The notes beneath the pieces were generated by a model that saw nothing but the letters and a program-made list of their open reading frames with translations, was not told the DNA's origin and did not search any database. From positions 10,232,001 to 10,296,000 of the forward strand of contig OZ076409.1 in assembly GCA_964187785.1 (NCBI GenBank): a stretch of 64,000 nt of DNA. The letters run 5' to 3'. This stretch comes from Amphiscolops sp. MND2022 (taxonomy: Eukaryota). The translations under genes and the position numbers were made by a program. This document shows positions 36,473 through 47,300 of the stretch, in pieces (position 1 is the stretch's first letter; each line of letters begins with the position of its first letter).

Positions 36473-37543
36473 ATCAACCGGGAATTTAAAAATTAAATTA
36501 CATATATGCAGTTTGGGTTTGAGGAGTTCTAGAAGTTTTTGTTATATGCATGGGTTTGTTTTATTTGTGTTGTACTAGAGTTGTATTTGTTTTGTTTTGT
36601 AGAGTACCATACTTAAGGAGTGAGAACAACCTAAGACGATTTGACTTCTTACGTCATAGACGATTCAATTGGTGCAAAAAGGTTCAGGCAAGGTTCAAGT
36701 TCTTTCAGTTTCTTTGACTGACAAGTTCTTTGAAGTTATTGTTGACAACTATTTATCGTTTCATGTTTCTTTTCGTATCAGCCATCGGCTTGTTTGAAAA
36801 AATTCTTTCATCAACATGAGTTAGTCAGCATTGAAAACTTTTCAAGTTGAAGAATTAAAGCGTGAAGTTGTCAATGAGTTGTGAACCAACATTGGCGGGT
36901 ATGTGAACCAAAAGTGAAGAAGTTTCGAAAAGTCAAGGTTCTAGTGAGAGTTCATTTTCAACGAAAGTGAAGAGTAGAGCAGAAGCAAGAGTTGAGAAAA
37001 ACTTTGGCTATTTCAAGTTTCAAACATTGGAAAACCAGAAGTGACATTTTTTAAGAGTTCTAAAGAAAAATTTGGAAAATTTTTGGGAATGCTTTTGGGG
37101 ATTAAAACAAAGTTGTATAACATGTTTTGTTAAAGAAAAATTTTGTCCAAAAATCTTAGAAAATTTCTTGTACTGTAAGTAGGACTTGTGTTCTGTAAAA
37201 GATGGGTATTGGAGATATATTTTTGAAGTGTATTATAGAAGTATCAACATAATTAGATAAGATTAAGTTATTGTACTATACACAATACAATGGAACTAGA
37301 TATTATTGTGGTTACAAGGATAATTATAGGTAGAATTTGGGAAGGATTATTTTTAATGGGGGGAATTATACTATGATTAGAGGAGATTAAGATTAAATAA
37401 GATTATATAGCACTAAAGATTAGATAAGAGTATATAGCACTAGACTGTATTAAAGTTATAATTTGATTAAAATAAGTTACAGGTTATATTGGTTAAAAGT
37501 AATTATACAGTTCAGTTTGAAATTTGTATTGGCCATTGGAGTA

Positions 37544-37650
37544 TGAAGACCAGTCAAGAAGTCAGCAGTTGAGGTGTGAAGACCAGTCAAGAAGTCAGCA
37601 TTTGAAGTATGAAGACCAGTCAAGAAGTCATCGTGGAGTGTGAAGACCAG
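37544..37650. repeat. 33-bp tandem repeat in the 3' region of D
   Basis: TGAAGACCAG at 37544, 37577, 37610 and 37641. Confidence 0.85.
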
Positions 37651-37859
37651 TGACGAGGACAAAGTTTGGCAACGTCGATGAACCCAAAATGGAGATGGAT
37701 GTTGTTGACCATCGTGTGTGGGTGAAGTGAAGAGTTTCAGCATGTGTAGGAGTTCTTTGAAGGAGTGAGCGACAGCTACATCTCAAACATCATTGAGGAA
37801 GAATGATGGATTCAAGAAGAGATGGAGTTGAAGAGTGATGAAGTAAGTAGAATATTGGT

Positions 37860-38312
37860 TTAGTTGTATAGAGGATGTTGTTGAGGTGGGTGTGCCTGAT
37901 GTTGGTGAGGATCATAGTGTTCGAGTTTTTGGGTATATCCAAAACTATGAAGCATCTCATTGAATGCGGTGGTGGCTTCGTGGAGGGCAGCTTGAAAGTA
38001 TTGGTCTTTAGACGTAAACGCCGAGTTTAACACAAAAACGACATTAGAAGCCGTTTCACAAATGGCAATTTTTGGTCCGGCGACGTGAAGCCTTGAATAT
38101 TGTTCAAATGTAATGTGCTTCTTTTTGATTTGGGGGACATTATATAAGACTTTCAGAAAGGCGATAAGAGATTTTGGCGTTATTTTATTGTTGTTTATTT
38201 CCAGGGAAAGTTTGTAGGCCATTGTGTGGAAAATAGCTGCTTTTAGGCTATGAACTTTTGAATGGCTGGAAGTCATTGTAATTATATCTTGTATTTCAGC
38301 GTTGGGGGCCAT
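37860..38312 (-). CDS. Accessory ORF of D (150 aa), unknown function
   Basis: ATG-initiated and intact; decayed homolog in E (~58350-58555: INFEQYARIHFDGPKLAICETTSE vs ITFEQYSRLHVAGPKIAICETASN). Confidence 0.75.
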   Translation of the reverse strand: MAPNAEIQDIITMTSSHSKVHSLKAAIFHTMAYKLSLEINNNKITPKSLIAFLKVLYNVPQIKKKHITFEQYSRLHVAGPKIAICETASNVVFVLNSAFTSKDQYFQAALHEATTAFNEMLHSFGYTQKLEHYDPHQHQAHPPQQHPLYN

Positions 38313-38989
38313 GACGAGAGAGTCCTGTGGAAGACGAAAAAGGAGAAGTAGAGATGTTCTGAAAGAGAATGGAAGGAGGAGGAAGAAGAATGGATGTTTC
38401 TAAAACAAAGGAAGTGTAAGAAGAATGACAATATCGAGTCAAAGATGTACAACAAAATTGGGTGCTAGAATGTATCATATGTAGTTATGTGCTATACTGT
38501 CTTGTATGTCTTGTATTGTATTGTTTTTAATAGAAATAGTTAGTTTTTTGGACATGTACTGTAGAAAAAATTAGTGTACTTGAAAAATAGTCCTGAGATT
38601 TCATTCAAAAGCAAGAATTTACTTTAAATAAGTAGGTAAAAATGAAAATACCTTGAAGAGTGTGTCACAGATGTATCATAGATTGTACCATAGAAAAAAA
38701 ACTAAGAACTTTATATTACCTGTAGAAGGTTTTAATGAAGATTAGTTGAGTTAAAAAGAGTAGTTATAGTTTCCAAAGCAGATTGGATTGCTTGGGATGA
38801 TTCAGTGATGCGTTGAGAGTCTAAATCGAGTGTCTGAAGGAGTTTGTGTGTTCTGTCGTAGCAGTGTAGTATATGTGTGAGTGTTGTGATAGGTGTTTCA
38901 GAGGAGTTTCGTTTATAGGGTTCAAGTAAATTTGTTATGTCGCGAAGTGTTGGGTTGCTTAATACAGAGGAAAGTTTGTCAGGAGCGTT

Positions 38990-40111
38990 TTATATGGGTG
39001 AAGCGTGTGATTTATGTTCAGTTTTTTGTTCAGCTTGTACCATGAAAGAGATAGTTTTGGCAGAGATAAAGAGAAGTTCATTGTAGGAATACGTTTGTTT
39101 GTAGAGTGCTGTATAGTATGTTCTATCTTTATCGTCAAGTGGAGAAGAAACGAGGTGTTTAATAACAGTAAGAGGTTTTGCAATTTGAGTAGGAATGTTG
39201 CAGGGCAACAAAAAATCATCGTAATGTATGAGATATTCTTGAGGTACAATAAGTTGACGTGAAGTATTGTTATATGGAAGCAAACAGAAGTATTGTTTTA
39301 TAGGGTCATAGTTCCGAAAGTAACCTGTTATACAGGAGTGGTCCAGAGTGTACATATTTGTCATTGTGAACGGTGATGTATATTTGTAATTGACAAAAAT
39401 GTGATTTTGTGGTTTCGTGTATTGTAGAAATTTAGTATATGTCTGATGAGTAGCTTTTTGTGCTATAGAGAGAAAGGATGGATCAGATTCATCTGTTTTG
39501 AGATCGTATATAAAAGGTCGAAGAAAATTGAATTGGAGAGAGAAAATTTTAACTCCATTCTCGAGCCAATATTGGTATGGACCCATTATTTTGGAAGCAA
39601 TGGATGTGAAGAAGTCTTGATTTTTGTCATATAAGCGAAATGAATAGTCAGTAGGATGCATATATAGAGAAGTTAATTGTGCTTTGAAGACGAAATCGTC
39701 AGTAGAAAAAATTGAGATCAAATGATCATCGCGATTCGTGCAAAGTGAAATTTTTGAAGGTATTGAAGGAGGATATATTGGTGATGAAAGAAAGATTGGA
39801 TATTTCATTATTTCATATCGCTTTTTGGGAGGAGGTGGTGTCGATTGTGTATGATCAGTATCATCTTGTGGAGGAGTAGGTTTTGAATTTTCATTTTCAA
39901 CTTTTGTGTGTTCCATTGGTTCAAGAAAAGTTGGAGGTGTTTGTTCTGAAGTCTCAATATAGAGAACAGGAGAATCATTTGAAAGAGGTCTAGTTATTAG
40001 ATCTGTTGGGGTTGCTTGTTCAAGCTGTGTTTGTAGGTCAATTTGTGCTTGCGTCATTGTTTTAAAAATATCAACAATCACAGTGTTATCTATTCCAAGA
40101 GGCCTTAGCAC
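38990..40111 (-). CDS. Post-env accessory ORF of D (>=373 aa), unknown function, probably damaged at both ends
   Basis: Long open frame; same-frame coding-like sequence extends to ~40262 through two TAG stops; PPPPKKR motif. Confidence 0.6.
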   Translation of the reverse strand: MLRPLGIDNTVIVDIFKTMTQAQIDLQTQLEQATPTDLITRPLSNDSPVLYIETSEQTPPTFLEPMEHTKVENENSKPTPPQDDTDHTQSTPPPPKKRYEIMKYPIFLSSPIYPPSIPSKISLCTNRDDHLISIFSTDDFVFKAQLTSLYMHPTDYSFRLYDKNQDFFTSIASKIMGPYQYWLENGVKIFSLQFNFLRPFIYDLKTDESDPSFLSIAQKATHQTYTKFLQYTKPQNHIFVNYKYTSPFTMTNMYTLDHSCITGYFRNYDPIKQYFCLLPYNNTSRQLIVPQEYLIHYDDFLLPCNIPTQIAKPLTVIKHLVSSPLDDKDRTYYTALYKQTYSYNELLFISAKTISFMVQAEQKTEHKSHASPI

Positions 40112-40320
40112 TTTAAAGTTAAAGTACTATAAATTACACTAACGAGTGGATTTGTCAACTTTAGTTGAAGAGTTTTTGAAGACGGTTATTATGAGAGAAG
40201 TATTATTGGGCTGAGGAAGGTGAATTTCGGCAAGAGTTTCGAGTGGTGGAGGAGTAGCAATTGTGAAGAAATAGTAGACAAGTGTACTGAAAGAGAGTTA
40301 CAGAAAAACTGAAAGAGTGT

Positions 40321-43026
40321 TCAAGAAGATGGAGGAGGAAAAGGATAGTTTATCCGCGAATAAATTTTAGTTGGTGTATCCGTAGTAGAAGTGACAGGAT
40401 TGTTAATTAAAGTGTCATGTTGAGTAGTTAGATTTTCATTCGAGTGAAAGTTTTTATGAGTATAATTAGGAAGTGTAGGATGTTGAACAGGAGAGAAAGG
40501 AAGTGGAGTCGTTTTATGGTGAGAATTGTGGTGTCGTTTCGGAAAGAAGTTAAATTTAGGAAATTGAATTTTGTTAGGTCGTTTAGTATAGAAAGGTGGA
40601 GGGGAAGTAACATCTGTAGAATGGTTAATTAAATTTGGAGAAGTGTCAATAAAATTATCTAAAGATTTGGATTTTAAAAGTGTACTTTTGGGTTTTCTGT
40701 TTTGAGTCTCATGGAGGTCACTGACCATTCGTGCTGTAAGAACATTTAAAAAACCATGTGCTATAGAACTAAGTAAAGTAATATTATTTTTGAGATTATA
40801 TTTATTAGATATTGTTTTGTACAGTTTTACAATGAGTGTAAGAGTAGCTTGTACGAAAAGAAATGTAGAAAAGTATTTACCACATTGTGTGAGAACGTAA
40901 CAAGGGTATCCAAAAAGTGCAATAAAAGCATCTGAAAACCATGTAGGTGTAAAAAGAGGAGTTAAATTCAAGAGTTTATCATGAAGTCCTATGCGTAATG
41001 TATTGTAAGGATTACCAGAATCTTGAGGGGAATCTGCATCGTAATTTGGAGTATTAGATGAAATGAATGAATAACTAAGAGCTTTGCCTAATAATTGGAG
41101 TGTAGAATCAGAATGTTTAGAAAATAAAATACGGTTCCAAAATTGATCAAGTTCTGCATTTGAATATATACCAGCATCTTGGGCTGTAAAAGTATTTGGG
41201 CGTATTGTAGTTTTGATTTGTGAGGGTGTAAACATTAGTGGAGGTTTGCGTTTGATAGGTTCAGGTCCAAGAATGTAAAAGTCTTGATCATCTGAATCAG
41301 GATCTAGTTCAATAATGTTACGTGGATTATTATCACATGTAATTGGTGTAGCATAATCATAAGTTTGTCTTGTAATAGGATCAACGTACATTAAGGTATC
41401 TTTAAAATGTATGGGTATACGGTCAAAGCATCTATCTGCTTTGTATAAAGGAGATAAAAAATGAGGACAGTCGTAAAGCCAGGCGGTTGAGCCTTCAACG
41501 TATAAGAAGTTACTTCTATTACCGGTTAAAAGGAAACCAGCAAGTTGAGGGTTTTGTACTGACATTGCGAGTATTGTAAGGAGTTGATTTCGTTCTAGTT
41601 CACATATTGTATGAAGAGTATTTAGTTCTTGTACTGTCATTGATCGGAAGACATGATTAATAGTATAATCGATTTTGGTGTTTATATGTGCATCATAATC
41701 AATGGTAGCAAAATTGTTTGATACATTTAATGCAGGAAATTTAAATTTGTTATTTGAAGTGTCCAATACTATTTTACCAGAAATATACTCATCAATCATG
41801 GAATGAGGATTAGGTTGTCCTGTATGCATATTGAAACCATCAGTGTATGTAACAAAAAGGTCTGAATATTGTGTAGAATAAAGAGGGTCTGGTTTACCAC
41901 AAAAGGTTTGTGCTGTAGGGAAAACTTCAAATCTTGAAAGGCTTGGATTATTGGGGTGTTGTGTATGAGGAGCATAAACATAGGGGTGTTCTGTACCTTT
42001 TATGCCAGAAGCTGTTTTAGATTTTTTTGGATGTGGAGAATGTACAAAAGAGTCTGTTTCAATCCAATATCTATCTTCAATTTTAGTCATACGTCCAATA
42101 AAGTCTTGTAGGGTAAAAATTAGACAATAATCATCATTAAACCAAACAAGAGTAAAAGGAGTTCTTGTAGTGGGTTTACAGAAGCCATCTGCAAAGTAGC
42201 AGGGTAATGTATGTCCATCAATTATCATGTCATTGGATGTGTCATCATATGTAAGTTCTACTTCAGAAACTTCTAGTCGCCAACTAACTAAGTTGACTTC
42301 GAATTGATGATGAGCAGGACAGTTATGATAAGGGTTTTTTGTAGGGTCAAATATCCAGTTTTTATCAGCAGGCATAAATGTAAATGTACCTGTATACATT
42401 TTGTTCAGCTGATATACAGTGAAAGGAGTTTGTATTGTTCTAAACGTTCTTGAAAATAATGGTCTTCTAAAAGTGTAAAGGTTTTGTTGTATTGAAGGTT
42501 ATTCAGTATTTTATCATTTGTACCATTTAAATGTCGTATAATGTTTTTACATTCTGCTGGATCAAGAGTAACAGGGAGCGGTAATGTATTATGATTCCAT
42601 ACGGTTCTATCAACACGACGGTATTTTACGGAACCTTGAAAGCATATTTTTTTCCTTTTTTGCATAAGCAACACATTTGAAAGCTTTGATGCGTTTAGCT
42701 TTTGCTCGGACATATACACGGGCTTTAACACTTGCATGTTTAATGTCAGAAGGAGCTTCAGTGCATTGTTTTACATTGAGTAAGTTAAAATGTCTCAGAT
42801 TGTGTTGTTTTGCACAGTCATAATGAGAAACCATGAGATTTGTAATATTCGGGTCATCCGATGGAAGATAGTTTTCTGTGTCAGAGGGTGTTATGGGTAT
42901 GGAAAAGGTAGAGTTAAATAAATGTAAATAAAGAATTAGAGTTGTTATGTAAAAGGTTGTGTAGGGTTTAAAAAGGTGTTGTATATTTGAGACCGGAATA
43001 TGGGTTACAGAAGACAATGTTGCCAT
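40321..43026 (-). pseudogene. env: Envelope glycoprotein, class III fusion type (chuvirus G / herpesvirus gB-like), two frameshifts
   Basis: Signal-peptide-like N-terminus; YDC...F.L..V..C; CELERNQLLTILAMSVQNP...G...WLYDC...CFDRIPI...YVDPITR...TPITC; C-terminal hydrophobic segment and tail; breaks near 42655 and 42430. Confidence 0.82.
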
Positions 43027-44220
43027 ATGTGATAGTGGGTATATTAAGATCGCGTTCAAATTCAATATGTACTACTTCGAAAGGAGCAGGAGAGGTTTTA
43101 TGTTCTATGTTAGAAACGTGAAATATTGGGGGTGGATTTATTCCTTGAAATTTAACTTTGACTTCAAATTTAAGTTCTAGATTTGATGTCTGGAGGCGTT
43201 TTAGTTCTGTTTCTTTGCGTTTGTGAGATAAGAGGTCGTTGTTGTTAATAAAACGTTCTGCAAGAATTGGAAATCGGGGATCGTTTTGTGGGTCGTAGAT
43301 GGTTATACCATCGACTCTAAGTGGATAGTCAGCAAAATTTGGAGTTGGAGGTCTAGAGTGTTCTGCAGTATAGTATTCGGGCAGTCTAATATGTGCAGTA
43401 ACAGGAGTAGGAATTACTACTTGTGAAAAGAGATCTCCTGATAGAAATGCAGTCTGTGGGTTAGATGAGAGTAATGAAGCGGTTTCAAAACCAGAAGTAA
43501 AATAAGGAGATTGAAAGAGTTCTGAAGATGGTGTGTCAGAGGACAATGGTTGAGCGTGTTGTCGTACAAGTCGTAATGCAGAATTGCTAGAAAGAGTCGA
43601 AAAATTGAGTGTTGAAGTGTCTGTACTAAGTCTACGTGAAGGAAGGTCACGAAGATTATATCTATGTTTAGGTACAAAAAGTGAGCTTGTGTCTTGTGAT
43701 GGAGCGTAGTCTGAAATATTATTGTCTAAGAGATTCGAGAGTGATGTAGAGGGTTTTCGGAGAGGTTTTAGTCGTGGATAAAGTTTTGAAGGAGTAGTGC
43801 TAAGTTCTGAAGGTAATTTTAGTGGAGTTAGCTTTGTTTATTCAGTATCAGGAATTGGTACAAGATTAAGTTGAGGTTGGAGTCTAACAGTTTTGATAGC
43901 TGTAGGATGTTTGTATGTTACGTATTGTTCAACACTTTCAGGGTTTGGTATGTGTATAATAGGAGTGTTAATAGGAGTTTGTTGGGGACGAGTGTTAATA
44001 GGAATTTCGGTTATAGGTGGTCTGTGAAGAAGTGAAGAAGAGGTGGTTTCAGAGATGTATGATCTTGGTCTTTTAGGAGTAGTAGGAGTAGTAGGAGTAG
44101 AAGGAGTAGAAGGAGTAGTAGGAGTTACATTACTAGAGTTTGTAGTGCTAGATACTGAAGATTCAGGTGAGGAAGGAATACTTGGAGCTGATGGAGATAT
44201 GTCAGAGGGAGGATCCAGGG
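42968..44220 (-). pseudogene. ORF2 of D between pol and env; Ser/Thr/Pro-rich N-half, conserved C-half
   Basis: One frame with a single internal TAA (~43839) joins the 192-aa ORF; homolog in B at ~16610-17790; start not resolved. Confidence 0.6.
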
Positions 44221-44328
44221 TTGTTGAAGTGTTCTCAACAGGTTATCTTTGAGATAACTTGTTATGGGTTATATTTCATTCAACCGGAGTGACTAGTTTT
44301 GAGTGAGCCAACAGATAGAATGACTAGA

Positions 44329-47300
44329 TTACAGTTGTGAAGGTGTAATAAAAAGTCTATAATCTAATTTGGGTTGTTGGCGTAGTTTATAGGTAGTTTT
44401 TGTGGTTCTGTCAATTATAGGAGGAAGTGAAGTGGTTTGGTTATTAGATGAGTGTCTTGATCTGTCACTAGAGATAATAGTATGAGGGGTATTAATTATA
44501 TGTCTATATAAGGAGTTGTCATTGGTTGAGGGAGTCAAAAAATTGTCATTGGATGTTATAGATGGTGTATTCTGATTGGGTGTACTAAATGATGATGGTG
44601 TAACAAATGTTTGGGAATCTTCTTCTGACAACGATTCGTCTGAGTTAAAAGGAGAAGAATCACTGTTCGCATATTTGGTAGGTTGTGGAATTTGAAATTG
44701 AGTTGTGTCTGAAAAGCGCATAAAACTACGCAGGTGTGGATATAAGAGTGGTTCTTTTGGATAATATGGAATTAAATGATTTCTGTGGACGTGTACTGTA
44801 GAGCCATCTTGTGCAAGTAGTGCATATGTGACGTCTGATATTCTGTCAAGAATTTTATATGGTCCAATCCGAAGGGGTTTTAGTTTGTCAGAAAAGTGAA
44901 CGTGGGTAAAATTGCGTTTTAAAACAAAGGTACCAATAGGAAGGGGTTTACCTTCATGGTAAGTTTTTGTAATATATGCGTGTGAATTGATTTTTCTTAG
45001 AGTGTTTTCGTATACTGTAGAATAAATTTGTAACATAGTAGTTTCTACAGCGAGAAACCAATGTGGAATGGGTTTTGAAAGTGTTTTATAAAAAAATGGG
45101 TTTAAATCGGATTTATCATAATGGGAGTGTGCTGGAAGTTGAGAGCATTATCGTGAAATACATGTTTTAGAGGTGTCTCGGTTAAGGTTCAAATCAAATG
45201 TAAGGGGTGTTCTGGGTCGAGTGTGGAAAACAATTTTGTGAGGTGAAATGTTGAGTTCTGAAAGTGGTTGTGAATTATATGCATAAGCGTACATATGGAC
45301 TTGGAATGCCCAATCTTTAGGTGTGTCATGTAAGAACATTCGTAAATGGGTACCAAGATTTCTTTTTTGTACTTCAACAAGGCCGTTTGTCCAAGGAGAA
45401 TAAGCTGTTCGAGGAGAATGACGAATTCCCATAGGTGTGCAAAGGTGTGCCATTTCTTTATTAACATATTCTGATCCACGATCAGTGACAAGATATATAG
45501 GTGGTCCAAATTTAATAATCCAATGGTGTAGGAGAGTTTTGATAGCAGTCTTTGCGTTGTTTGATTTGATGGGTACTGTAACAACAAAGTGACTAAAGGC
45601 GTCAATTATCACGTGTATATAGGATTTGTTGTGAGAAGGAGGATTAATAGGTCCTTTAGTATCCATTGAAATTCGATAGTTGAAAGATGGAGCATGTTCT
45701 GAAAAAGATTGTGTGGGAGCTGTTTGAATTTTCATATTAAAGTGTTTGTTTCGTTGACATTCAATACAATCATGTATAAAAATGGAAAGCCATTTTTCAA
45801 GGAATGGGATATAGTAATATTGTTTGAATGTATTGTAGGTGATTTTCATACCAGTATGAGAGTGTTCATGGAGTTTGTTAAAGACAGTTTTGAACAGTCG
45901 AAAAGGAAGGCATATACGAATAGTGTCTTGTACAAACTTTGGAGTAGAGGATTGGTTAATAACAGTGGGGTTTGTAATATATAGACTAATAAGATTTGTG
46001 GATTCGTCAATGAAAAGTTGTGAAAATCTTTTGTAATATACATGTAGGAATGGAGTACCAGTGATAAGAGGTGTTACAAATTCGGGTTTTTCATTATTTA
46101 ATAACCAAGAATAAACAGTTCTAAGAACCGGATCTTGAGATTGTTGTTGTTGAAGAGTTTTTATGTCTAATGAGTAATCATCGGGAAGGAAGAAAACTTG
46201 AAAATAGTTTTTGTACTTAAAAAATGATGTATCATAAAAAGGTACGATTTGTTGACAGTGTGTGAGAGATGGTAAATTTGGTTGTACATTTATTGCAGAA
46301 ACGGATTTCTGTGAGGTGCTGTGAGTTGGTTGTTTAAGAGTAGAATAATTTTCTGTTTGTAATGTTGTGTCTTTTAAAAAGGAAGAGTTAGATTTTGGAA
46401 TTCTGGTGTAAATATGATCTTCGTCATCACTTGTAACGTCAGTATCATTAAGTAAGAGAGATTGTTGATGAAGGGTTTTGTTGTTCTTTTTGGTAGGTGT
46501 CTTGAACTTAGTTTGAAAAGGAGTTATGGATTTGAATGAGAAGGATTGTAACGGTTTGACAACAATGTCATTTCCTTTATCATTGATACGAATAGAGAAT
46601 TGATCTGTACCATAATCAGCAAGAATTGGATGAGAGTCATGTTTTTGATGAGGTAAAATTTCTTCATGTTTTATTAAGTAATGTACAGGTTTAAGAGTGT
46701 TATCTTGTAAAAGTGCAAAATCGATTTGTGGTGGGAGGTGTTTATGTTTTAATTGGTTTAGTTGTAATTCAGCTTTTGTGAATGAGCGACTCAACATATC
46801 GGCAACAGAGAGATTTTTTTCCAGGAGTGTGAATTATTTTGAGTTTTGAAAATTTTGTCAGTTGCATTTGAGCTCTATAGAAACGAGGACTGAGATTACC
46901 TTTCTTTGTAAAACAATGTAATAAAGGTTTGTGGTCAGTAAAAATGTGTATTGGATGGGGCGAACCTATGATGAGAAATTCATAGATTTGAAGTGCGTGT
47001 ACTATACCAAGAAGTTCTCTATCAAGTGTGGAGAGTTTTTGTTCTTGTGGATTAAGTATACGAGAGTTTTTTGTATATGACCTTCATTTTGTTTTGTTCA
47101 TTTAATTGGAATAAAACAGCGCCTAATCCGATAAGGGAAGCGTCAACTGTAATGAAAAATGGATGTTTTGTATTTGGTATTGTTAATTCTGTTTCAGAAG
47201 TGAGAGACATTTTAAGTTTTTGGAATAGACTTTCGTGTTCGTCTGTCCATTTCCAAGGAGTGTTTTCATGTAAAAGATCGTAAAATGGTTTGAGGTTGAT

